Source of the DNA: Camelus ferus
Lineage: Eukaryota
Assembly (NCBI RefSeq): GCF_009834535.1
Contig: NC_045697.1
Coordinates: 86,368,001-86,432,000 of the forward strand
DNA: 64,000 nucleotides
Direction: 5' to 3'
Positions 25,285 to 37,126 of the stretch are shown here, piece by piece. The notes beneath the pieces were generated by a model, which worked only from the letters and a program-made list of their open reading frames with translations, was not told where the DNA came from and searched no databases. Position numbers and translations under genes: made by a program. Positions within the stretch are counted from its first letter, which is position 1. The number at the start of each line of letters is the position of its first letter.

Positions 25285-25790
25285 ACTTATCTATTGCAGA
25301 GTAAGAAATTATCCCAAAACTTAGTGGCTTAAAACATTTATTATCTCAGTGTTTCTGTGGGTCGGGAATTTGGGAGTAACTAAACTGGTTGTTTCTGGCT
25401 TTGGGTCTTTCTGAGGTTGTAGCCAAGATCTTGGCTGGGACTTCAGTCACCTAGTACTCATTTGGGGCTGGAGGATTTGCTTCCCTAATGGCTCATTCAC
25501 ATGGCTGTTGGCCGGAGGCCTCAACGCCTCAACACATGGACCTCTCTGGGGCTTCTTAAGTGTCCTAACAAGGCAGCTGTCTTCCCCTAGAGCAGATGAT
25601 CCAAGAGAGAGAGCAAGGAGGAAGCTATGATGCCATTTTTGACCTAGTCATACACCATTGCTTTGCCATATTCTTTAGAATTGAATCACTGAGTCCAGCC
25701 CACACTTGGGAGGGGAATGAATTAAGCTCTACCTCTTGAAGGGAGGAATATCAAATAATTTTTGGACATATTTAAAAACTGCCGCACACC
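25285..25790 (-). mobile_element. MaLR MLT1-family LTR (MLT1F/G/H-like)
   Basis: cccaaaacttagtggcttaaaaca..ttattatctca..tttctgtgggtcgggaattt...ggctggaggat..gcttcc..atggctcattcacatggctgttggc. Confidence 0.75.
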
Positions 25791-26204
25791 TTCTATCAAT
25801 TGTCAGTTTCTTTAGGGGGCAAATAAGCTCTTTAAAAATATGTAGTTACAGCATTTCTGACCAGGTGAAAGAGAAGTACAGAAAAGTGGGGAGGTGGTTC
25901 AGTCAGATATGGCCCACTTTACAATATGGCCTCCTTTGCAGCTAATTAGGCTCAATAACTTGATGTGTTGCCTCTTTGTAGTTAATTTTAAAAAGTGATT
26001 GCTGACCTTTGATTTAGTAGAGGAGTCTTTTAGGGGAAAAAAAGCCATAGTGGGCAAAATATGAATTTTTTTATATCAAAATATGGATTTTGGTAACATT
26101 CAATATTAGCTCCTAAACTAGAATTTAGAGCTGGAGGGTAGGAACTTATTTTTCATAGTAAAGAAATTGAGGACTAAAAGATAATTACAGGCTGATTTCT
26201 ATGA

Positions 26205-26450
26205 ACATATATAAGAGGCAATATAACACTAAACTCTGACTCTAAAACCAGGCTGTCTAGATTCAAATCCCAAATCTGCCATGTCTTAGCTGTATTTGTG
26301 CCTAGCTTCTCACTTCTCACTGTCACAATTTTCTCATCTGTAAAATGGGGAATTGTAAATAGGTAGTTACTGTTATTTCTGATGATTAGATGAGTAAATA
26401 CACGAAAAGTGCCTGGCACATAGTGAGCAGTGAGTTAGTGTTAGCCATTT
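26205..26450 (+). mobile_element. MIR SINE
   Basis: ttcaaatcccaaatctgcca..ttagctgt..ttttctcatctgtaaaatgggg..gattagatgag..gtgcctggcacatagtgagc. Confidence 0.8.
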
Positions 26451-29400
26451 TGTGATAGATGTATCTCATCATTATAATGGTGAGTTAATACTGTGGAATG
26501 AACATTTTAAAGACTAAGATAGCATTGTCCAAAATGTTTACAGTCTAAACTTTAGACTATTGACCTTATTGTATTTTGTTACTTTTTATGTAAATGTAAA
26601 ATATGTTTCTATCCAGCTCCATATCCATTTAAAATACTGTGTCAGATGTCACCAGTAGTATTGTATAAGGCCATATCTGCTTAAAACTCCCTGAAGCAGC
26701 CTCTTTTTGTTATAGTATGTACATGAAGGTTGAATTTCAATTGTAGCAATGTTCTCAGCTCACAGGAATTGGCTGTTAAACGGATCTGTTGGGCTCTCTG
26801 CATAGCACCAGGCTAATAAAAAATATTGTATTTGAACTTAATATGATGGGTGTTGGTAAAAACACATGTCCAGTTTCTTCCTCCCTCTCTCTCCGTATTT
26901 TTAGTGGGTGAGTAGTTTGAATATGTGTTGGGTGGGGTTTTTTGATGTATGTGACTTAAGGCAGAAGGTAACAGAAGATTAAGGGCCAGATAAGAAAGTG
27001 GAAATACTAGTTTTATTACAAGGAACCTTCTTTAGGATTTTACTCTGCTGATGCCAGCCTTTTAAAAGTTTTATGCCTTCTGGTGTATCAAGATGGAAGG
27101 GACATACAGAATTCTTGATTAAAAGAATTAACAGAAACTTGGAGATTGTGTTCACCAGCCATTACAAAAAGTGAAAACAAAACTCCACAACTCATTAATT
27201 TATGGGATATAGAAGTGGGAGGATTAAGCTTTTCACTCATGGCAATTTCTGTTGATGTCTTTGTATACCGGCCACATTGAAGAATGCACTGAAGGTAGTA
27301 ATTACTTCTGGTGGAATATTTAGAGGTGGGTGATATTTAGAAATCATGATTTCCTGTTGGAGAGGTTGAAGTTAGCTCTTCTGGCCCCATTATTAGTAGA
27401 TATGCTTTGTACAGCTTTTAGAGTTTTGTTTTGTTTTGTTTTTTGTACTTTTTATGAGTGTTTAGGTGAACCAGCATACATTTCTGTCTATGTAAGTGAG
27501 GACTGCTAAAGTGCAATATTTTTGTTGGATGTTATGTCTTCTTGGACATTAAAAATTCTTCTGTATGTAACGTGAAGTTACATTTGCTCAGTTTGCTAAT
27601 TCATACTGTTTAAATCGTTGGTCACCATATCTGAGTTAATACTTCAGCAGTGGTTGCCTGGTGACCAGTATGCTTCGGTATTTGATCTGCTTTTAAGAAT
27701 CTCAATGGTATTTGTAGAACTATGTTATTCATATTAACTTAGTACATTTTTGATTGTCATTTATGTCAACTAATTTCTTTTGGTTATAAATTTCTGTTAT
27801 TTAGTTAAATATATCTTTTTCTCTTTTATAAGAAATGAGACACATTTTAGTCATTGTTTGCTGGTATGCTTTTTTTTTTTTAGCTTTCACCTTGTGTTGA
27901 ACTGATTTTTTAAAAAAGAACATTAACGGTAGCTTAGTTACCACTGAGAGTGTGTTTCTTGTTAAGCACTTTGCTATGAGTTTTATGTTTGCTCTCTTAG
28001 GAAGAGAGGACCATTTTACCACTTGGAAACAGGCTCAGTGAGATTCAGCAACTTGCTCAGGTTATCTCACAGCTAAGGAAGGGGTGGAGGGAGCTTTCCA
28101 TTTCAAATCTGCTTTAAAGCCTACTCTGCCAGGATAGCAGAGGACTTCTGTTATTTCTGATTGAGTGTTATTTTACCACCTAATTCTGTTGGGCTTTAGA
28201 GTTAGCTAATTAGGTGAACTTGTGTTTGTTGCATGTAGAATTCTGGGGCTGAAAGGGACCTGGAATGACTAGCTAGAGAAAAGAAATACCTAATATGTTT
28301 GACTTAAGAGGGTAATTGTCTATTTTGTTTGTTTAAACGAACAAAATAGGACATTATGTAATTTTACTTTATGTACACAGAGCTGCCGACCCTGGCCAAA
28401 TTTGTTAAGGAAGCTAAGTTTGCTTTTTTGGCTCACCATTTCCTTTTTAAGGTTTTCCCCATCTTGGGAGATCTTGGGCCTTTTGTGATATTCCTGGATC
28501 CTGTTTGTTAATGAGAAAAGTAATTTAATGAATTAATTTTACTAATAACTCATGATAATAATTAATGATGGCTATTATTGAGATACTGTAAAGATATCTT
28601 TGCATTTAAAAAGGAAATATTGGTTGGTACTCTATTTGAAGAAATAGATGGTAAGATTTAGGGCCTTGTATCCTGATGAGCAAAATTTTTTAGGTATAGA
28701 GGGCCCTTCAAATCACTGTATGCTCAGTCAGTAATACCAACCTTTTTATACATTCCAGTGCTATCTTAAATGTAAACATTTACGCATGTCTTTTATGTGA
28801 GATGTTCAATTGCAGGTACTTCTGTTTTGTATGTTTTATTTGTGTGACATCATAGAATTGGAAGGAGCATCACAAAGTCATTTGTTTCAGGCCCTCTGCC
28901 TTTAGATTGGTGAGTGCTCGGACTACTTGAGCCATTGTAGAAACAGTTCAGATGAATTAAACACTCTTGAAAATTCACTTTGTATAAAAATGTTGTAATC
29001 TGATTTATATTTTACTTTTGCTTTGGGGATGTCATTATGCCATAGGAAAGGTGAGCCATCTGTCTAGGCAGTTCCTTTGGTATTTAATGAGACCGTTGGG
29101 TCAATTATCTGGCTTCTTAATTGTTAAAGAAGACTTAAATGACTTTGAAATTGGGACCCCTACACAAGTATCTTAAAATAATTTCTTATGTATGTGCAGA
29201 AACCAAACTGACAAGTTTTCAAGTAGGTACATATTTTGTACCAGTAAGTATAAATCAGTCAAGTTTGGCCCATGGATAAACAATGCAGAAATGTGTACAA
29301 AGTACATACTTCACAGAATTTCTGGTATACAGAATGCTGCTATGTGCTAATAGGTATTCAAGCTTGATGATGAAGAGAATATGAATGTTGATGAAGTTCA

Positions 29401-32400
29401 AAAGAGAGCTATAAAGCTGATTTATTTTCTAACTTTTAAAACCCATGTAGTTTCCTTTATGGAAAAGGAACTGTGATTAAATTCAGAGAACTTTAATGTA
29501 ATTGTCTGAAGATCTGTGAATGCCTTTTGTACAAATAATTATGACTTTATTGTTGTAAGAGGGATTTGAGTATGATTAATTTTTCTCCTTCATTTTTGTT
29601 ATATTTGGAATTAGGTTATCAAAGTGTTGAATATCCTCTTAAACTCAAGCAAATGAAAACTAAATTTTCTTGAGTGTGGAAGAGATCACTTAGGAATCTC
29701 TTTGGCCTTGAATACAGTGGAAATACTTCCTTATCTTTGGCAATAACTCATAATTATGTACTTTTTATAATGATGCATTTTTTTCATTCATTTATGAAAC
29801 AAGTATTTATTGAGAGACTACTGCATATCAGGAACTTCTCAGATATTGCACATTTAAGTGAGTAGGGCAAAGACATTGGTAAAGAGTAGTTAGCTGTCCA
29901 GTGGGAGAGACAGACGTCTAAATTGATAGTTACAATGCAGTGTGATAACTGCTATAATTACCACTGTGGGCATCTGGAGCTCACTACCACTGGGGAACTC
30001 TGGGAGACCAAATAAAATATGCCTCAGGGTTATCCCAAGCCAAGAGCAGGGAAGCTGCAGGTGTTTACCCACCAACTTCCTAGCCATCGTTGACATTAAC
30101 TCTGGCATTTCTGGCTCACTGTGAGGACAAACTGAGCATGTTCATGCAGTCAGAAAGCCTCCCACAGTAGGGTGTTACAGGTGTTCAGAATGAATAATCT
30201 TCCTGTGTAGAGGTGAATGTCAGCAGTATATGGGCAAGACGCCAGTGGCATTGGTTACCAGTATCAGGCATTTAAACAGAATATTACCTACTACATGCCC
30301 AGCGTTGTTTTAAATGCTTTGCATATCTGAATGCATCCATTCTCACTATATAACAGTGAGGTAGGTACTATTAGTGACCTCATTTTACAGATGAAGACGT
30401 AGAACGCAGAGAGCTTAGATAACTTGCCCGTGTTCAAGTTACCTAACCTCTGTAATGTCAGAACTGGTATTTGAGCCCAAGTGGTCTGGTGGAGTCCATG
30501 CTGTCAGTCCGTATAATGGTCTGCTTTTGGAACAATCCAGTATGAAGCAGGACCTTTTGATTGTACTGTTTTCTCTTGATAACTACTTCCTCTTTCTCCC
30601 TCCCTACGGTGCCTTTCCTTTTAGTGTTCTTTACTTCCTTCCTTGTTTGTAGCTTACCCCTCCCGCTTTTCTAGAGCAGTACAGCTAGTCTTCCTTCCAT
30701 TCTTACACACTCAAGGCTATCAAATCGAATAATTCTTGCTAAGATGTTAAGTGATCTTTCTGATGTTTTGATGGAGGCTTTGAGTTTGATATTGCTTGGT
30801 ATTTCCACTTTAATTTTTAAAAAGACAAGGATTTAAGAACTATAGAAAGACATGATGGTGGAATGACAGATGATCAAGTTGATACTTTTGGGTTGGGAGT
30901 CACCTGTTCCTTGGCCATAGTTACAAGGAGAGGCTAAAGATGCAAGAAAAGCCCCTTTCTCGCCTGTTGTGTCCTGTCTTCCAGCCACCACCTTCCCTTT
31001 TTCTTTTTAAATTATGAAAGTATTACATGTCAGTTTTAAAACATTTAAATAATACTTAGTTATTGAGAGTATAAGTGAAAGTCCTTCTTTATTCTTCTTC
31101 CCCCAAATCTCCCATTGCTTCTTAGAGGTAACCACTAACATCTTTGCTAATGTTTTTGCCAATTAATAAAACTATGTACATATATACACACCATATATAT
31201 GTACATGTATACGTACTGTATGTATATATATACATATGTGGTATATATGTGATACACAGAATGGATAGTCTTTTTTTTAAACATAAGTAGAATACTATAC
31301 GTCTTGTTCAACTTGCTTTTCCCCTGCTAACATTACATATATTCTGGACATTTCTCTGTATTATCCCCTATTGAGCTATTTTATTCTTTTAAAAAGGCTT
31401 CATATCATTTCACATGGTAAGAGTATTTCATACGGTAAAAGTTTTATTTATTTAACAGTTTTCCTATTAATTGAAATTTTTTTTCTATTTTCTCAGTTTG
31501 ACATATAATGCTGCAGTGATTGTCCTTGAAAAAACATCTTGGTGTCTGAGTAAGTATTTCTGAGAAATAGAGCCTTAGAACTGAAATGCCCAAGTCAAAG
31601 CATCTACATTTTCATAGGTTCTGATAATTGTTCTTCTCAAAGGCGGTTTACTCCCATCAACTGTGTCTGAGTGCTCCCACCAGCGTTTGCCCATACTTCT
31701 GCCAATATAGTTGTTTGTAATCTTTCTAATTTTCGCTTATATGACTACTGGGTAATAAATTGTGATTGTCCCCAATTGCAAGTGGTATTCTCTTTCTCTG
31801 TGAATTGCCTGTTTGTATATTTTCTCATTAAAAAAAAATCAGATTATTTGTATTTTTTGTATTGATTTGTAGAATGACCTATTCCTGTAGGACCAAATCA
31901 AGATGTGGAGTTCTATCTTTAATAGTCTGTTGATGCAAGTGTATTTTCGTTCCTTTATGCTAGTGGGAGAGAAAATAGGTTGAATGTAGTATTTGAAAAG
32001 ACTTTACAGGTAATTCATTTTGAAAAGTAGTCTTTTTTGGAAAGCCTATTTCTAGAAATGGTGGCATTAAATTAGGAACTTCGATAAATCTCTAGTTGGT
32101 GCTGTGTTTGATTAAACTATATAACATTTTCATACTTTTCTTGAAATATCACTAAAGTAATAATTGCCACACTTTGTTTTCTAATGTGGACAGCAGTTTT
32201 GAAATGAGCACCATGGATTTCAGGAAGAATGAAGAGAGTAGAGATGAATCATGAAAATATTGAGAGGACACATCTGAAAACATGTAGATCAGTGTTACTT
32301 TCTTATCTAATAGATAAAAGTACCATTTAAAATGATATGATAGTTGAAAACAGTGGCTTTGTTCAAGGATGTCACTGGTACTGTGAATACAAAGATGAAT

Positions 32401-34349
32401 TAAACAGTCTCTATTGGTCATTATCAGGAGAGAGGCAAGATAGATTTAATTCAGGTTATGCGTCTTTGGCAGGGATGCCATGGAAATGACGCTGTTTTCT
32501 TCTATTAAGAAGTGTACAATTTTGATTTATCCCTGTATTGATGGTGTTTACTTTGATCACCTAATTAATTGCCAGCTTTCTCAGAGTTCCTCTTTTCTCC
32601 TTTGTCATTAATAATTATTTTGGCAGTTATTTGAGACAATTTGAGTATCCTGTTACTCATCAAAATTTAATTGATTGTATTTGTATGGACTCATAGATTT
32701 GTTTTTATTAAGTGGGTTGTAATTTACTACTCTTATTTATTCTGATGATTAAATTATCTCAGTTTTGCCAGTGGGACCCTCTTCAGGATGGTTTCTGTTT
32801 CCTTTTGACATGTTCCAATCATTCTTTGAACATTTCTTTCCTTTCTGGAAAACAAGGTTCGCCTTGACTTACCCTGCCTTAGCTGTGGAACCAGCCATTT
32901 CTTCAAGGAGCCCTCTTAATAGAAAATGGTTTTTAGAAGCCAAATTATCTCCTCATTTTTACTGGTGTTGCTGCTCTCAGGGCTTGTTAATAAACATATG
33001 CATATGTAAATTTACAACTATATTTATTTCTATATCCATTTGTATTGAAAGCCACACCTCCAGTTCTTATCCAACACCACAGGGTTAATTCTAATTTTCT
33101 CCCTTTATGTGTCCTCTAACAGTGAGAAACTTGACTCCCATTTTTCCTGTTATGTTTACTTACTTGGTTAATCCCTTTGTTCACACACTGCATGGGCTGT
33201 CTCCCAGGTGTTTGCCCTCCTTATCCTGCTCCTGCATCAACTCATCACTCCTGAGCCCTCCTGCATGGAAGCCCTACTTGTCCTTTTGGGGTCTGATGCC
33301 TTCCTCCTGGGTTCTGACCCCCTGCACCAGGCAATCTCCCTGTGCACTCTCACCTGGGCCTTGACACCTTGAGCTGGACTGTTTCTCCTACCCCTGTCCC
33401 TCCGTCTGGATGCCCTCTTCCTCCCACTCAGGCCCCAGCACCCTGCGCCTGACCTCTTCCCTGCAAGTATGATCTCCTCAAACTACTATGGTATTGATAC
33501 CCTGAAATACTGCCACCGTTCCACTAGCCTCTTCACCACACAGGTGGATATTTAATTTACCCCTACTGGACTCTGACATCCCACTCTAGGCCAGAGGTTC
33601 CTGTCCCTCTCTCCCCATGTGCAGATGCCTGCTTTGCCCTGCTTCACCTTATGGCTTTTAGACTGAACTGTTCAGGAAGGGAAGAGGAAAGGGAACAACC
33701 AGTTTATTTTTTATTCCATCTTTCACTTCATGAAGATTATGCAGTAGGTTCTTACATGCATACATTTTTCATGTCTGGTCACACTTTGACAGTATATTGT
33801 AATTTATCCTGAGCATCTGGTAACAGGAGATCTGCTTACTGTCCATACTATCCAGAGTGAATCCAAATTAGGAAGATTGTTTCCCCATGGAATAATGAGA
33901 ATACATAGCTCATGGGGGTTAAGAAGGCTTATTATAACTTAAATATGAATATATTACTAATGGCAGCCCTTGGGACAAGTCTAGAAGAGTTTGTCTAATG
34001 TAGATGATCAATACTTCCTCCTTACTATTGTAATAAATATCTTTGATTAGGTTTAAGAACAGTCGTGTCCCTCTTATTTTAAGCCAGAGTATAGTAACTG
34101 AACCTGAGTCTATTCAGACCTAGAATGGTGAAATCAGGTTATTGAAATATGATATATTGTTTTATATTTTATGTAGAAATGTGGACATGTTTGTTATATT
34201 TTTGTCTTATCACTGAAGAAACAAGAATGTGATTTAATAAACTTTCACATTTGTTAAATTCACCTTTTTTCTCCCTTATATAGATTAAATTCTAAATTTA
34301 ACCTTTCAACTCTTTCAGGCCTTTAGATGCTTCTGGAAAAACTTCAGTA

Positions 34350-34446
34350 ATGGATCAAAGGAAGAATGAGAGTATTGTTCCTAGTATCACTCAATTAGAA
34401 GATTTTCTTACAGAACACAATTCCAATGTTGTTTGGCTCCTTGTTG
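34350..34446 (+). CDS. BLTP1: BLTP1 first coding exon (MDQRKNESIVPSITQLEDFLTEHNSNVVWLLV)
   Basis: ATG at 34350 in strong context (GTAATGG); translation matches the recalled KIAA1109/BLTP1 N-terminus; acceptor ttcag at 34318; donor G|gtaagt, phase 1. Confidence 0.96.
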
Positions 34447-36147
34447 GTAAGTAGAATATAGTTTTTTGTACTTTACTGTTTTTTATGTGTGGATTAATAA
34501 TTGCCAAGTTTTAATCAGTGGTTGATTGAAGCCAGAATGCTTACATTACCCTTAGTTTATTTTTTGGAAAGAAGGTTTTATTCTATATTTCTGTGAATAT
34601 TTGCTCTGAAAACTGCTCTGGAAGGCTCTTTTCCTTAGATTGTCTCCTCGTCTGATTTAGGGAAGGTGGGATGAGAAGAAAGACACTGCACGTGTCAACT
34701 TATCTTTCCTGCTTCAGGTCTACTCCTCCATTCCCCATCCCAACACATACACACAAACACTTTTAGTTGTTTTATTATAAAAGTGATAAATCCTCATGGT
34801 AAATATGGTTTTGCCTAATTAATCTTCTCTTCCCTCACTCCTTACACACTTAGCAATGGGCTTTTCCAATATAATTTTTTTGTCTTATATTCTAGGTCTT
34901 TTCTAGGTATATACTAATAATAAAAAAGAGTGTATCATTAAATTGCAGACAGAGGGAAGGAATATGAGTGAATAAGTGAATATGAACAAATGAGAAGGAG
35001 AAATACAAATATAATACCAAGGAAAGGAGAGCTTACTAAAGGCTGTTACTGCCCAGGAAGTTTTTGTGGAAGAAATGTATTTTGAACATTATATTGATTT
35101 GAATTCCAGCATAGGAATTAGAAAGGTATAGAGAGGAAAGTAGGAAGGGTAAGATGGGGGAAGAGAGGAAAGGGAAAGTGATGATACGTACTGAGCGTCT
35201 TCTGTGTGCCCCGTACTGCGGGCATTCTGAGTATGTTGTCTCGCTTAACGCTCACAGCAGACTTAGGAAGGTAGGTGTCATTTTCTTAATAGCATGTTGG
35301 GGAATTGAGGCCCATGGGGATTAAACAACCTGTACAGCTGTGTTTTTCTGAGTGCAGGCTTATGCTTTTTTCATGACACTACAGGATGTGTAGAAAGGAT
35401 ACGGATTCACTTTAGAGGTGAAGTATATGTAAGAGGAATTATAACGATTCGTGATTTATAGGTAGGATCAGGTTACCATTTAAACTTCAAATTACATTTT
35501 TTCTGATTGATGAAAGTGAACTATTGAAAATTATCATTAATGAAAACTCAACATTAAATGCAATGCAAAACACTTGTATGAAGTATAACTTCATAAAAGC
35601 AGCATTGAAAATTGCCTTTTAGTTTAATTACAGGCAGAATTCTTTATTTCCTATGTGTCTCCTGTCACCTAGAATTTCTCTGACTTTTTCACATTGTATA
35701 CAGCTCCTTTCTTTAAGGCAAAAACACAGTAATGACCAGAAAAACACTGAGGGATTGTTTAATCCTTCTGTTTTACTAATGGCCTTAAGAGTTTTAAGGG
35801 GGTGGGAGGACGTGATACAATAAAAAGGCCACAATTCTCAGGTACTGCTTGGAAACTTACTCTCTCAGCAAATACTTTTTGCCTTTCTGAAGGGCCCATA
35901 ATAACCTGCTATTCACAGAGTGATTGACAGTAAAAATTAATACAAAATGAGTTTAAACGTAAAACATAATGTCGTATCATCAAAACAACTGTTCAAAAGA
36001 ATTGTTGTAGAAATATTTTTTATGGGCAAATCATAGCACTTGCTACATCAAAGCTATTATCAATCTCAGCTACCTTGAGGAATGTTGTATTTTGACTCTC
36101 AGGGACTGCTGCGTTTTATCTGTTAAATAGTTTTTAAATTAAAAAAT

Positions 36148-36481
36148 TTTTTTTCTTTTTTTAATTTAAATAGTAGTTTACAATGTGTCAATTTCTGATG
36201 TACAACATAATATTTCAGTCATCCATATACATACATATATTCCTTTCCATATTCTTTTTCATTATAGGTTACTACAAGATATTGAATATAGTTCCCTGTG
36301 CTATGCAGTATAAACTTCTTGTTTATCTCTTTTATGTATAGTAGTTAGTATCTGCAAATCTCGAACTCCCAATTTATCCCTTCCCACTCCCTTTCCCCTC
36401 TGGTAACCATGAGTTTGTTTTCTATCTGTAAATCTGTTTCTGTTTCGTAAATAAGTTTATTTGTGTCTTTTTTTTTTTTTT
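36148..36481 (-). mobile_element. Short 3'-end copy of the same young L1 family
   Basis: Near-colinear with 10578-10917 (cattataggttactacaagatattgaatatagttccc...ggtaaccat.agtttgttt); ends at the family's internal T-tract. Confidence 0.85.
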
Positions 36482-36886
36482 AAGTTATGGAGTTAATGTG
36501 ATGTTGCTGAAAGGTTACACATGTTTAATTAAATTACTTTGTTCTAATCTAGAAAACAGTTATACTTTTTAAATGAATAAGTAGAAAATTTATCAAAAAA
36601 TGCTTTCTTGTGTTTTGCCTTTGTATATTCATGAACTAGGTTTTTTGGGGAATATTATAAATTTTATACATGACTATAAACTTTCCATGAAAAACAGTCA
36701 AATTTAGAATATCGTTTACTGTAGTATATTTAGTGGCATTCTTTAAAAGTAGGTAATTGTCTTATCAGTTACAGCAAAATAGTATAGGTGGTCTATTTAA
36801 TACAGAGATATGCCTTTAAGTACAATAAAGTTCTTTTTTCAATAGTTTTTTCAAAGCAGAGACTGTTGATTTAAAAAAAACAGTTA

Positions 36887-36995
36887 CACTATTTATAAAG
36901 TAGATAAACAAAAAGGACCTACTGTATAGCACAGGGAACTATATTCAATATCTTGTAATAACCTATAATGAAAAAGAATCTGAAAAAGGAAAAAT
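36887..36995 (+). mobile_element. Small L1_Art-like 3' fragment
   Basis: aaggacctactgtatagcacagggaactatattcaatatcttgtaataacctataatg..aaagaatctgaaaaag; flanked by AAACAGTKAC direct repeats. Confidence 0.75.
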
Positions 36996-37126
36996 AAACA
37001 GTGACTTTTCTCTGATGTGAAAAAATCAGTTTTCTTTCTTTCTAAGTGACTGTAGCCTTTAGGAAATAGCTTGGGATTAAGCTTTTCACCTAATAAAGGT
37101 AGATTTTTTTCAGAATATTCAGAAAT

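Noticed and set aside
29370..29425. Peptide VQKRAIKLI resembling CR1/L3 ORF2
   Set aside because: Too short and diverged to call by eye; at most an ancient LINE relic.
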